64,000 nucleotides of DNA, taken from Candidatus Bathyarchaeota archaeon (GTDB lineage: Archaea > Thermoproteota > Bathyarchaeia > 40CM-2-53-6 > RBG-13-38-9). Each line of letters starts with the position of its first letter. Position 1 is the first letter of the stretch. Below, one piece after another: positions 19,603-28,773 of this stretch. The DNA lies in the NCBI GenBank assembly GCA_018396915.1, contig JAGTRD010000003.1, positions 173 to 64,172 of the forward strand, written 5' to 3'. Below the pieces are notes generated by a model. It saw only the letters and a program-made list of their open reading frames with translations, was not told the origin of the DNA and made no database searches. A program made the translations under genes and the position numbers.

Positions 19603-20349
19603 TCAAACATACATTGCAGGCAGCTCCTGCTCTTGGGTTTTAGACATTCTCTGCAATGATCTAGCGGTCCTCTGCATCAGCTCCCTCGTCTTCACCCTTA
19701 TCTCTTCAGCCTCCTCGAGCAGCTGGCCAACATCAACCTTCAAACCTAATAGACTGTTCAGGGCGTTTACTGCTGAGGCTGCAGCTCCAGGATCTGGATA
19801 CTGGTAATGTGACTGGGCGAGTAGAACTATGTTGGTCAAGCCTTTCGTTAAACATTCTCTCAATATGAGGGCGTGGGGGCCCACCATGAAGCCCTCCTCG
19901 AGCATAGATATTCCCGCAGACTTGAGCATATCTAGACCCCTCTTTGAAGTTGATATTCCGAAGACTTGGGGGGTCTCCAACTCAAGTCTGTTCTGGGTTG
20001 CAACCCCACTCACCGAGAATAAAATGTCAACCTTCTTGGATATCGCCCATCTGACCAAGCTTCTCGATAGGGGTGCTATCGCAGCTATGTTTACAGGAGT
20101 TTCAGAAGTCAATGCAACCAACTTCTCATCCCCGAATATTCTTATAGGAACCTTCGGGTTGCCTTGATGGATGACCATGACAGGCGGTAATATGTCTGAT
20201 TCTACGTGGCCTATCTCAGGTAGATTCATAGACCTGATTATGTGGCTTACGGCTATCATCCCCGTCAGGCCGGTGTCGGGCATACCCACAATAAGATACT
20301 TTATGGAAGATAGAGGTTTAACCTCAATTATCTGCATTTCTTCAGACAT
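19603..20349 (-). CDS. PAC2-family proteasome assembly chaperone
   Basis: GMPDTGLTG, YPDPGAAA, C-terminal HbYX motif MYV. Confidence 0.88.
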   Translation of the reverse strand: MSEEMQIIEVKPLSSIKYLIVGMPDTGLTGMIAVSHIIRSMNLPEIGHVESDILPPVMVIHQGNPKVPIRIFGDEKLVALTSETPVNIAAIAPLSRSLVRWAISKKVDILFSVSGVATQNRLELETPQVFGISTSKRGLDMLKSAGISMLEEGFMVGPHALILRECLTKGLTNIVLLAQSHYQYPDPGAAASAVNALNSLLGLKVDVGQLLEEAEEIRVKTRELMQRTARSLQRMSKTQEQELPAMYV

Positions 20350-20528
20350 TTTTCCTAAACCTTCATAGAGATACTGTAAGCGTATTGATTAAGTTTTCCA
20401 GCTTTTTGAAGATCTAACATCTTCCCCTCTTGAAATGGTTGGTTTTAAATGTGCATATAGCCAGTTTAGAATTATGAATAAAGTTTTTAGGCTGAAGAAT
20501 ATGGTGCGATAGCGTGTGATATCTAAAC

Positions 20529-21458
20529 ATGTCTTCATTAGAGGTTTCTGTCAAGAGACTGAAGACTGTTCTTGTTTTAAGTATTATAGTCAACATCGCT
20601 TTGGCATTTATCTTCTTCTCTAATATTGGAATTAGTGGTGTCTCTGAGAGTGGATACAATGAACTTTTGGTTCAGAATCAAAATTTGACTAGAACAATCA
20701 ACTCCCTAAGGCAGGAGTTAACCATATTGCAGAGTCAACTATCATTCTACAAGAGTCAGGCTGAGTATTACTCCAGGCTGTTAATGGCCAATAGAACCGT
20801 CGGTGGAGGGGTTGTTGGAAAGTCTGAGGTGAACCTGGTTGCGGTCAAGGAGGCATCAAGGTCTTTTGGAGAATTCAGGTATGAGGGGGTTGTTATGGCG
20901 GCTCACCTTGAGTTGAGGGAAGGTGAGGGGCGACTCCTCATAAACACTAAACCTAAGATTGGAATAGATCTTCAGACCAGTGCGAACACAGCCATCTTGG
21001 TTGCGGAGAATATTACAGGAGTATCCCTCAGAATGACTGACATAATATTGACAGTCACCGCTGATAAGGAGACTGATATTGTGGATGGCCCAAGTGCTGG
21101 AGCGGCTCTCACAGTTGCTTTGATTTCGGCTGTGAAGAATCAAACCCTAGACTCTAAAGTCTACATGACGGGGACCATAAACCCTGACGGAACTATAGGT
21201 AAGGTTGGAGGTGTCCTGGAGAAGGCTATTGCAGCAGCCAGATTTGGGGCTAAGAGGTTTCTAGTCCCACCCGGCCAGAGTGTCGCCGTCACTTATAGGG
21301 TTGAGGAGACGCATCCGGCACCCGGATTCACAATAATAACAACGAAGCCTGAGATTGTGAGTGTCAACGAATATTTACGTAGGATGGGCTACGATGTTGA
21401 GGTTATTGAGGTGTATAGAGTAGATAGGGCCTACAGCCTCGCGCTCTCAGAGGGTTGA
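20529..21458 (+). CDS. Membrane-anchored S16 (Lon-like) serine protease domain protein without ATPase
   Basis: N-terminal TM plus coiled coil; DGPSAG Ser and GGVLEK Lys dyad. Confidence 0.85.
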   Translation: MSSLEVSVKRLKTVLVLSIIVNIALAFIFFSNIGISGVSESGYNELLVQNQNLTRTINSLRQELTILQSQLSFYKSQAEYYSRLLMANRTVGGGVVGKSEVNLVAVKEASRSFGEFRYEGVVMAAHLELREGEGRLLINTKPKIGIDLQTSANTAILVAENITGVSLRMTDIILTVTADKETDIVDGPSAGAALTVALISAVKNQTLDSKVYMTGTINPDGTIGKVGGVLEKAIAAARFGAKRFLVPPGQSVAVTYRVEETHPAPGFTIITTKPEIVSVNEYLRRMGYDVEVIEVYRVDRAYSLALSEG

Positions 21459-21473
21459 CGACCTAGTTTTACC

Positions 21474-22322
21474 TTAGACTTTTCGTATCTTAAGTATTGT
21501 TCCAATATAGATCAGAGACACCAACATACCTGCAACTGCGCTTGGGGATGTGTTCCATAAGAGTGAGGAGACTAGACCTGCGAACTGCGTCGTCAAGGCT
21601 ATGGTGAAGGCCCATAATGAGACTGATGTAACTGTCTTACCCCACTCACCAGCCGCAGCAGCCGGTGCAACCATGATCGCATAAACTAGTATTGCGCCGA
21701 CAGCCTTTGTTGCAACAGCGATGGCAAGAGATGAGACAGTTACCAGGAGGTAATGGTATAGTCTAGCATCGAGGCCGTGAGCAGATAAACCCTCCATGTC
21801 GAATGATAGGTAGGTGAATTCTTTGAGGAAGATGATTGTAAGAATAGTTATAGTCGAAGAGGCTAGAGAGAGGAGGATGAGGTCGCTGACCGTCAAAAGG
21901 TAAATGTCTCCGATGAGGTAGCCCCAGATTTGGGGTGTAGATTCAGCTGGTATGTAATACATGAAGAATACAGCTATGCTCATGGCCATTGCGAATGTAA
22001 CACCCACAGCAACCTCCATCCTGCTTGTAACACCCCTCTCACCGGCGTATCCTGTAACCACAGCCACAATCAGGCTGAATAGTATAGCCCCATAGGTAGG
22101 GTTCAAGAAAGGGACGAGACCTGAATATTGAAGGTAGATGGCGAGAGCTGCACCGCCTAGTGCGGCGTGGGCCACAGCTGATGGCATGAATGACAGGCCA
22201 CGTAGAACAGTGAACGTTCCTGATGTGGCAGATATCATAGATGTTAGAGCCAATGCTATGAGGGCTCTCTGCAGGAATGGATGTGTAAAGATCATGGTTA
22301 GAGGATCAGGCATGGATGTCAC
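21474..22322 (-). CDS. Zn/Mn ABC transporter permease (ZnuB-like)
   Basis: AVAHAALGG, YLIGDI, SFD..., VGAILV. Confidence 0.9.
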   Translation of the reverse strand: MTSMPDPLTMIFTHPFLQRALIALALTSMISATSGTFTVLRGLSFMPSAVAHAALGGAALAIYLQYSGLVPFLNPTYGAILFSLIVAVVTGYAGERGVTSRMEVAVGVTFAMAMSIAVFFMYYIPAESTPQIWGYLIGDIYLLTVSDLILLSLASSTITILTIIFLKEFTYLSFDMEGLSAHGLDARLYHYLLVTVSSLAIAVATKAVGAILVYAIMVAPAAAAGEWGKTVTSVSLWAFTIALTTQFAGLVSSLLWNTSPSAVAGMLVSLIYIGTILKIRKV

Positions 22323-23091
22323 CTATTACAGCGTATATGTGGCCTTCATGGGTGATGAGTCTAACATTCGGACCATAAACTTTTGAGAGTATATCCAGCC
22401 TCATCAGGTTGCAAGGCTCCCCATACCCGTATAGTCTCCTATTGAGTAGGATGGCGTTGTCTATGTACGGGTGGCAAGGATTCAAATCATGAGTGACCAT
22501 CAAAATATCGACGTCACTATTCTCTCTCAAATCCTTGAGAAGGTCCAATATCACATATTGGCTCTCAACATCGGCGCCTGAGAGAGGCTCATCTAGAAGC
22601 ATCAGCCTAGCCTCTGAAGCCAGCGCTCTAGCAACTAGAACCCTCTGCTGCTGACCTCCAGAAAGTTCTGGGAAAGGCCTATCCCAACAGTCTTCTAAGC
22701 CTAAAAGACGCAAGGACTTTTTAGCGGCATCAAGATCCCTTCGACTTGCTATTCTAGGCACAGCCTTCTTAGCCAACCTACCCATCAAAACAACATCTTT
22801 GACCTTGATTGGAATGTTGTAGTCTATTGACTTCCTCTGCGGTATGTAGGCTGCAAGCCTCCTGATCTGGAATGATTGACTTGAAGGATCTATGCCCATC
22901 ACCTTTACGGAGCCTTTAGTCGGCTTGACTAGGCCAAGTATCGTTCTGAGGAGTGTTGTCTTGCCTGAACCGTTCGGCCCAATCACCGCTGTGAATGTTG
23001 GATGTTCCAGAGTGAAGCTTACATCCTCAAGAGCAACTGTTCCCGTCGAATATTTCACGTAAAGATTCTTAACGTCTACTATTGTTTCCAT
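22306..23091 (-). CDS. Zn/Mn ABC transporter ATPase (ZnuC-like)
   Basis: GPNGSGKT, LSGGQQQR, LLDEP, VTHD. Confidence 0.93.
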   Translation of the reverse strand: METIVDVKNLYVKYSTGTVALEDVSFTLEHPTFTAVIGPNGSGKTTLLRTILGLVKPTKGSVKVMGIDPSSQSFQIRRLAAYIPQRKSIDYNIPIKVKDVVLMGRLAKKAVPRIASRRDLDAAKKSLRLLGLEDCWDRPFPELSGGQQQRVLVARALASEARLMLLDEPLSGADVESQYVILDLLKDLRENSDVDILMVTHDLNPCHPYIDNAILLNRRLYGYGEPCNLMRLDILSKVYGPNVRLITHEGHIYAVIGDIHA

Positions 23092-24110
23092 CCTCTAATC
23101 CTCACTATAAGAGCCGCCTCAGCCAGGGCCAATGATGCCAAGATAGCTAAGGCAATCGGGTACAGCAATTGTGTGGATTGAACATCGCTTTTTGTTTTCA
23201 CCATGATGTTTGAAGCTACGCCGGCGTTGAACATCATCAACGTCGAATAATCGAATCCCCTGAAAGTCATGACCCTGAAGTATATTATGGGTGTATCTGT
23301 ATCCTTTGCCAGTTGCTCAGCAAACTCTCCAATCTTCATCTGACTAGACAATTCTGAGGAGACTATAAGGCTTACTTCCCTACTCCTCAGCTTCTCCTCA
23401 AGGTTGGCGAGTTCCCCACCGCTTATGAATATGTTCTCGCCGCGGCTGAGAATTCCGAAAACATTCATCCCTAAGGTCTCCGCCAAGTAAACTTCTGATG
23501 GATGGGTCACCACAACCTTGAGTCTACCTGATCCTTCACCGCTATTTAATAGTTTGATATAGTTCTTGACTTTACTGATATTCTCTTGGAAGACTTCGAG
23601 ATTCTTCTGGTATTTCTGGGCGTTTACTGGATCGATTTTCGCAAGGGTTGAGGCTGCAGCTTTGGCTATTGCTTGGGCGTTGTCTGGTTTCAGCCAGTAA
23701 CCGTGGAGGTTATATCCACCAGAATGTTCTTCATGCTCGTTTGTTGGCATCCTTGAGAGGTTGAGGCCGAAGTCTATGAACTCTCTGAGGCCCACAGAAG
23801 GTTTACCCGTAGCTTTAATCAGCTGCTCTTCGAAGGGGAAGTGGCCTGTTTGCACTATCAGATCTGCGAGGGTTGCTTTGGCCAGTATCTCAGGTGTAAC
23901 TTGAAATGTGTGTGGTTCAACCCCTTCAGGTAGAAGCGTCTGGACCGAGACTTCTTCTCCACCAATAGCTTCGACGATGCTTGCAAGAGGCTCTATTGTA
24001 ACTGCCACTTTGACATCGTGGGCTTCAACCCCTTCTATAAGAATTATTGGTGTGAACGCCAGCAGGATTATGGCGACTCTCAGAATTATCATTTTATTGT
24101 TTTCCACCAT
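23079..24110 (-). CDS. Zn/Mn ABC transporter substrate-binding protein (ZnuA-like) with C-terminal anchor
   Basis: Signal peptide, EPH, His-rich loop EHEEH, NLHGYWL, THPS, C-terminal TM. Confidence 0.88.
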   Translation of the reverse strand: MVENNKMIILRVAIILLAFTPIILIEGVEAHDVKVAVTIEPLASIVEAIGGEEVSVQTLLPEGVEPHTFQVTPEILAKATLADLIVQTGHFPFEEQLIKATGKPSVGLREFIDFGLNLSRMPTNEHEEHSGGYNLHGYWLKPDNAQAIAKAAASTLAKIDPVNAQKYQKNLEVFQENISKVKNYIKLLNSGEGSGRLKVVVTHPSEVYLAETLGMNVFGILSRGENIFISGGELANLEEKLRSREVSLIVSSELSSQMKIGEFAEQLAKDTDTPIIYFRVMTFRGFDYSTLMMFNAGVASNIMVKTKSDVQSTQLLYPIALAILASLALAEAALIVRIRGWKQ

Positions 24111-24139
24111 TGTTCGTTCTTGGAATAGACACGACTTAT

Positions 24140-24202
24140 TTATTAATATTGAGGTTCTGAGTTAATAACTTTTATATATTTTGATTAACAGACTTATTAA
24201 CT
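24140..24202. promoter_or_regulatory. Divergent promoter with AT-rich inverted repeats (candidate NikR-family operator)
   Basis: TTATTAA-N15-TTAATAA (24140-24168) and AGTTAATAA-N25-TTATTAACT (24160-24202) around TTTATATA. Confidence 0.45.
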
Positions 24203-24210
24203 GAATCAAA

Positions 24211-24594
24211 ATGGCAATAATAAGCATATCAATAAATGAGAAGATGCTGGAGGAGATAGATAAGGCTCAGAAGGACCTTGGATTCTCAGGAAGGTCAGAG
24301 GCTATTAGGGCTGGCATAAGAATGTTGCTTGAAGATGCGAAGGAGAAAGATCTCTTGTCCGGCAGGGTTAGGGGCGTGCTTCTACTCACACATGAACATG
24401 AGGTTGAAGACTTTGTGACGAAGGTCAAACATAACTATCTGGATATAATATATACGCAAATCCATAATAGGTTCAAGGAAAATAGATGTTTGGAGTTATT
24501 CATTCTGGATGGAGAGGCTGAGAGGATTAGGGAGTTAACAAAGGAATTCCAGAGGAACGAGGCCATAGATCATGTCAAACTCATTTTAACATAG
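24211..24594 (+). CDS. NikR-like RHH-ACT metalloregulator (variant ligand set)
   Basis: IISISI beta strand, GRSEAIR, KH...QIHNR...RCLE. Confidence 0.85.
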   Translation: MAIISISINEKMLEEIDKAQKDLGFSGRSEAIRAGIRMLLEDAKEKDLLSGRVRGVLLLTHEHEVEDFVTKVKHNYLDIIYTQIHNRFKENRCLELFILDGEAERIRELTKEFQRNEAIDHVKLILT

Positions 24595-24747
24595 GGACAA
24601 TCTTTGAAATAGGAGACATATGAACATAGGTGAACTATAATGATTATGAAAGTTTAATATGTGGATGAGGGGGGACCTCCTCCCGACCGCCTATGGTTGT
24701 CAGCTATTCTTGGGAGGAGGTTCTGAACTTATTTTTGCGTACACTGT

Positions 24748-25446
24748 TTAGGTGGGTGTCGCCGCAATACATGGTAGAGGTCCTTTCAATACGTTGTACT
24801 CCGTCTCCGCATCTTGTCTTCCAGCCCACTTATGCTCATTGAGTTTCATGATTTTTGGCTTGATGAGCCCCTTCTGCTTTAATGTCGTCTTGATCTTTCT
24901 GACAGCTTGGAATATTTGCTCTTCACTTCTTGCCCCTGCACAGACCATCTTGCCACTGGTGAATAGGAGGAGGGTTACTTTTGGTTCTTTCATTATGTGG
25001 ATCAGACCGGGGAAATTCTCGGGTTCATATATTGTCCTCTCTAGCGTCATCGCTGAATCTTCAAGGTCTACTTTTTCCTTAAGGTCTGCACATGCGACCA
25101 TGTTCTCTATCTCGATCTTCGGCTCCTTCAAGATGACTACGCCTGTAGATTTAAGTTCCTTAATCGCTGTCATGATCGATTTCTTAGCCTGCCTTACTGA
25201 TCTTGTTCCCATAGATATTATCTTTCCCGAGTTGAATATGAGTATGAAACTCTTAGGGTTCTTAAGGTTCAAGTATAGTCCAGGAAATCTTTGTGGATTG
25301 TATCTTGAACCTGGAATGGTCTTATATATGAGGTCAAGGTCGAGAGGTTGCTCAAGTATCCCTGAGGCTACAACATTCTCTATCTCAACTTCACATTCTG
25401 TGATCTCACTCTTCAGGTCTTGGTTGATTATTTGATCTAAGGCCAT
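24748..25446 (-). CDS. tbp: TATA-box-binding protein (possibly a secondary paralogue)
   Basis: Two TBP repeats: ENVVAS..YNPQRFPGL..LIFNSGK and ENMVAC..YEPENFPGL..LLFTSGK. Confidence 0.92.
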   Translation of the reverse strand: MALDQIINQDLKSEITECEVEIENVVASGILEQPLDLDLIYKTIPGSRYNPQRFPGLYLNLKNPKSFILIFNSGKIISMGTRSVRQAKKSIMTAIKELKSTGVVILKEPKIEIENMVACADLKEKVDLEDSAMTLERTIYEPENFPGLIHIMKEPKVTLLLFTSGKMVCAGARSEEQIFQAVRKIKTTLKQKGLIKPKIMKLNEHKWAGRQDAETEYNVLKGPLPCIAATPT

Positions 25447-25467
25447 AAAGGTTCGTTCCCTCCAGTC

Positions 25468-25620
25468 TCATGTTGTGGTGGCTCTCACAAATCTAGATAG
25501 GTTGGTCATGCATGTAGGGCATGTGGCTTTTAGGATCCTTCTCCCATTTACTGTGCCTTCACTTATTTTATCCACATCAACTGTCACTTTTCTCTTACAC
25601 TTGAAACAGAACATTTCCAT
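25468..25620 (-). CDS. Small zinc-ribbon protein, DUF5679-like (50 aa)
   Basis: Not in ORF track: MEMFCFKCKRKVTVDVDKISEGTVNGRRILKATCPTCMTNLSRFVRATTT; GGAGTGA RBS upstream. Confidence 0.75.
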   Translation of the reverse strand: MEMFCFKCKRKVTVDVDKISEGTVNGRRILKATCPTCMTNLSRFVRATTT

Positions 25621-25689
25621 ATTGTATCATCACTCCTCAGGCTTTGGGCTCTATTGGCCCAGGTTGTTATATGGTGGAGAAGAATAAAA

Positions 25690-25714
25690 GTGTTTCTGTG
25701 TAACACAAAAACAC
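25690..25714. promoter_or_regulatory. 25-bp palindrome, candidate operator of the Zn-ribbon/tbp operon
   Basis: GTGTTTCTGTGT-A-ACACAAAAACAC (11/12 arm match) just downstream, on the minus strand, of a TTATATAAA TATA box at ~25724-25732. Confidence 0.5.
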
Positions 25715-25790
25715 AAAAACTCATTTATATAACTCTAAGAAAAATTATATAAAAATCACTTTGCAATCGAAAATAGATTTTTAGAGTGGG

Positions 25791-26831
25791 TCAGCCAAGT
25801 CTGATAACTACCTTAATAGATTCATAATGATCAGGATTAGCCGCCACCGTAAAAGCCCTCTCAGCCTCATCCATACCGAATTCATGGGTTATAACCGGTT
25901 TCACAGAACCGTCAGCTAAACTCTTCAAAGCGAGCCTCACAGAATCCAGTGGACCCAGCCTGGCATTCTTTATAGTCAAACCTTTATCAATCATCTCCCT
26001 AAATGGATGCTCTATAATAAGACTCTCACCGTAAATGCTCACAATAACCACTGTGCCCATTCTTCTGGAGGCCTCGATAACCCTATTGAATGCAGGCGCG
26101 TAACCTGTGCATTCAAAGGCTACATCCACACCGGCGCCTTCAGTCTCCTCCTTTATCAGAGTCACAGGATCTTCTTTTCGAGGATTGAATGTTCTGTATG
26201 CCCCAAGCCTCTCAGCCATCCTCAACCTATAATCTGCAATATCCACAACGAATATTCGATTTGAGCCCATAACCTTGGCATACTGCATCACATACAAGCC
26301 TATAGGTCCAGCACCCCATACCAGCACCGTATTCCCACCGTCAACCTGACCCAGATACTTAACAGCATTCACAGCAACACTCAAAGGTTCTGTCTGAGAG
26401 GCCACCTTCGCATTCAAACCTTCAGGAACATTGAAGAGTAGACTGGTGGGGAAAGCCAGCCTCTGGGAGAAGGCGCCTTGAACCTCAAACCCTACTCTTT
26501 TCCTATTGTAGCACTGGTCTTCACGGCCTACAGTGCAGCTTGGACATGGAGGATATATAGCCTGGCCGTGGCAGCCCAGAGTGCATCCGGCGCTGACAAG
26601 CCTACCGTCATAGATCCCTGACCATTCATGACCCAAAACAACTGGATTATCAGGCGAAGGATCGATACCAGGATATTTCTTCCCGTGGAACCCACATATT
26701 GCTATGTCTGAGCCACATATGCTTCCATATAGTGGTTCAACGATTTCTTCGTGAGCAGCCGCTTTCGGCTCAGATATCTCCCCCACAACTATAGTCTCTG
26801 GGCCTTTACATATTATAGCCTTCAATCGCAC
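25791..26831 (-). CDS. Zn-dependent MDR alcohol dehydrogenase
   Basis: CGSD, GHE, GAGPIG, structural Cys cluster. Confidence 0.88.
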   Translation of the reverse strand: MRLKAIICKGPETIVVGEISEPKAAAHEEIVEPLYGSICGSDIAICGFHGKKYPGIDPSPDNPVVLGHEWSGIYDGRLVSAGCTLGCHGQAIYPPCPSCTVGREDQCYNRKRVGFEVQGAFSQRLAFPTSLLFNVPEGLNAKVASQTEPLSVAVNAVKYLGQVDGGNTVLVWGAGPIGLYVMQYAKVMGSNRIFVVDIADYRLRMAERLGAYRTFNPRKEDPVTLIKEETEGAGVDVAFECTGYAPAFNRVIEASRRMGTVVIVSIYGESLIIEHPFREMIDKGLTIKNARLGPLDSVRLALKSLADGSVKPVITHEFGMDEAERAFTVAANPDHYESIKVVIRLG

Positions 26832-26902
26832 ACTACCCTTTTTGAAGCAAGAATAGGCTGAGTCAGCATATATTTTTATTCCACGCCTTATGTCCTTGCA
26901 AA

Positions 26903-28102
26903 TTGAACCTTAGATTATATCAGCTGAGATGTGAATCAAATATGAATATTCATATAGTAAACACTTTCTATCCACCTTGGAGGGGTGGCGCCGAGACATA
27001 CACTAGAAATCTCGCTGTGAACCTTCAAATGATGGGACATAGAGTCTCAGTCACAGCTGCCCATCCTCCCCTGAAGCCCGGAGATTATGTGCAGGAAGGT
27101 GTGGCGGTGAGAAGGTTAAGGTCGATCGGGATGTTCTATGGAGTTCCAATAGTTCCTGAACTTCCTAGACACTTGATGGGGGTCGAAACTGATATCATCC
27201 ACGTAAATTTTCCAAACCCATACACAGCCTCTTCGGGAGCATTCATGTCAAAACTCAGGAAGATGCCTGCAGTCTTGACTTGGCATAACGATCTTCCGCC
27301 AGTAACCAAGCTAGCTGGGATACTTGTTAAGATGCATGACAACATGTTTTCAAGCCATTACCTGAACATTTACGATGCCATCATAACAACTTCCAACGTT
27401 TATTTTGAAGGTTCGAAGATCTTGAAGAAGTATTGGAGGAAGGTTAGGGTTGTTGAGAATGGTGTCGACTGTGAAAGGTTCAAGCCTGGAGTTGAAGTTG
27501 GAGACTTGAAGATGCGCCTCGGTCTCACAAAGTCTAAGGTAGCTCTATTTGTGGGAGCCTTAACTAAGTGGCATAGGTATAAGGGTCTAGAAGATCTTTT
27601 GGCTGCTCTTAAGATCCTGAATAGGGAGGATGTGAAATTGATTGTTGTGGGTGATGGAGATCTTAGATCTGAATATCAAAATATGTCTGAGCGGCTAGGA
27701 TTATCTGGCAGAGTACTTTTTGTTGGGAATTTACCTGATAACGTCCTACCGAGATACTACGCAGCCTCAGATTTCCTTGTTCTACCCAGCAGGGACAGGT
27801 CTGAAGGTTTCGGTCTTACAATCCTTGAGGCTAATGCCTCTGGAATACCTGCGGTAGCCTCAAATATTGGCGGGATACCTGGAATATTGACTGATAGAGT
27901 TAATGGTTTGCTCGTTCAGCCGAGAGACCCTCAAGCGTTGGCTGACGCTTTACAGGTTATCGTTGAGGATGATGATTTAAGGGTCAGGATGGGTTTGATG
28001 GGTAGGAAGATAGCGCTATCACATGACTGGAGCAGGGTTGCCTTTGAAACCTTTAAGGTTTACTGTGAAGTCCTCCAAAATAGAAGTTTAATGAAATCTT
28101 AA
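26903..28102 (+). CDS. GT4 glycosyltransferase
   Basis: GGAE, KG, EGFGLTILEA. Confidence 0.9.
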   Translation: MNLRLYQLRCESNMNIHIVNTFYPPWRGGAETYTRNLAVNLQMMGHRVSVTAAHPPLKPGDYVQEGVAVRRLRSIGMFYGVPIVPELPRHLMGVETDIIHVNFPNPYTASSGAFMSKLRKMPAVLTWHNDLPPVTKLAGILVKMHDNMFSSHYLNIYDAIITTSNVYFEGSKILKKYWRKVRVVENGVDCERFKPGVEVGDLKMRLGLTKSKVALFVGALTKWHRYKGLEDLLAALKILNREDVKLIVVGDGDLRSEYQNMSERLGLSGRVLFVGNLPDNVLPRYYAASDFLVLPSRDRSEGFGLTILEANASGIPAVASNIGGIPGILTDRVNGLLVQPRDPQALADALQVIVEDDDLRVRMGLMGRKIALSHDWSRVAFETFKVYCEVLQNRSLMKS

Positions 28103-28125
28103 GGGCTCAAATTCTAAGGTGAAAG

Positions 28126-28632
28126 CTAAGCTTCACCTATAAGTATGACAGCCAATACTCCCAAAGCTATTCCAAGCCCAACTCTGATGCTAAAGCTCTC
28201 TTTGAAGATTATGTGGCTTACCAGAGCTGTGCCCACAACCAGGAGGGCTGTCAGAAGTGCTGTGAGCCTTCCAACACCTGTGACTGATAGGGGTATGCCT
28301 ATTAGGAATCTGGATATGAAGAGCATAACCAACCCTGCAAGGATGGCTGGTGTATATAGGTATTGCATGGCGAAAGAATATTTGCGGAGCATGTAACCAC
28401 TATACGCAACCATGCCAAGGCCCAAGATGAAAATGGCGAAGTATAAAACTGAGTTGCCATTGAAGTTGACTTCAACCAGCCTCTTGAAGGTTATCTGGCC
28501 TAAACTGTCTGTCCCCCACTTATATAGAATATATCCAAGAACACCTGTCAATGTTATCACTGTTATAGATAGTATGAATGTCTCTCTCGGCATCATGAAA
28601 CTTCCCTTAGAGACTGCATACATAAAATCCAA
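28126..28632 (-). CDS. Small multi-TM protein, EamA/DMT-like C terminus
   Basis: Hydrophobic helices, IIFKESFS..GLGIALG. Confidence 0.6.
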   Translation of the reverse strand: MDFMYAVSKGSFMMPRETFILSITVITLTGVLGYILYKWGTDSLGQITFKRLVEVNFNGNSVLYFAIFILGLGMVAYSGYMLRKYSFAMQYLYTPAILAGLVMLFISRFLIGIPLSVTGVGRLTALLTALLVVGTALVSHIIFKESFSIRVGLGIALGVLAVILIGEA

Positions 28633-28773
28633 TACTTAATCCTTCTGAATTTAGTCTTTCATCATTATCCAGTCGATTCCAAGATAAATCTCAGCAGGTT
28701 CTTATCCGACACAGTTAAAGGGTTGCCACTTCAAGAAATGGCCGTTCAAAGTTTGAATTGATGGTGGCAACAA

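Noticed and set aside
25475..25687. 70-aa plus-strand ORF
   Set aside because: Shadow of the minus-strand DUF5679-like Zn-ribbon gene.
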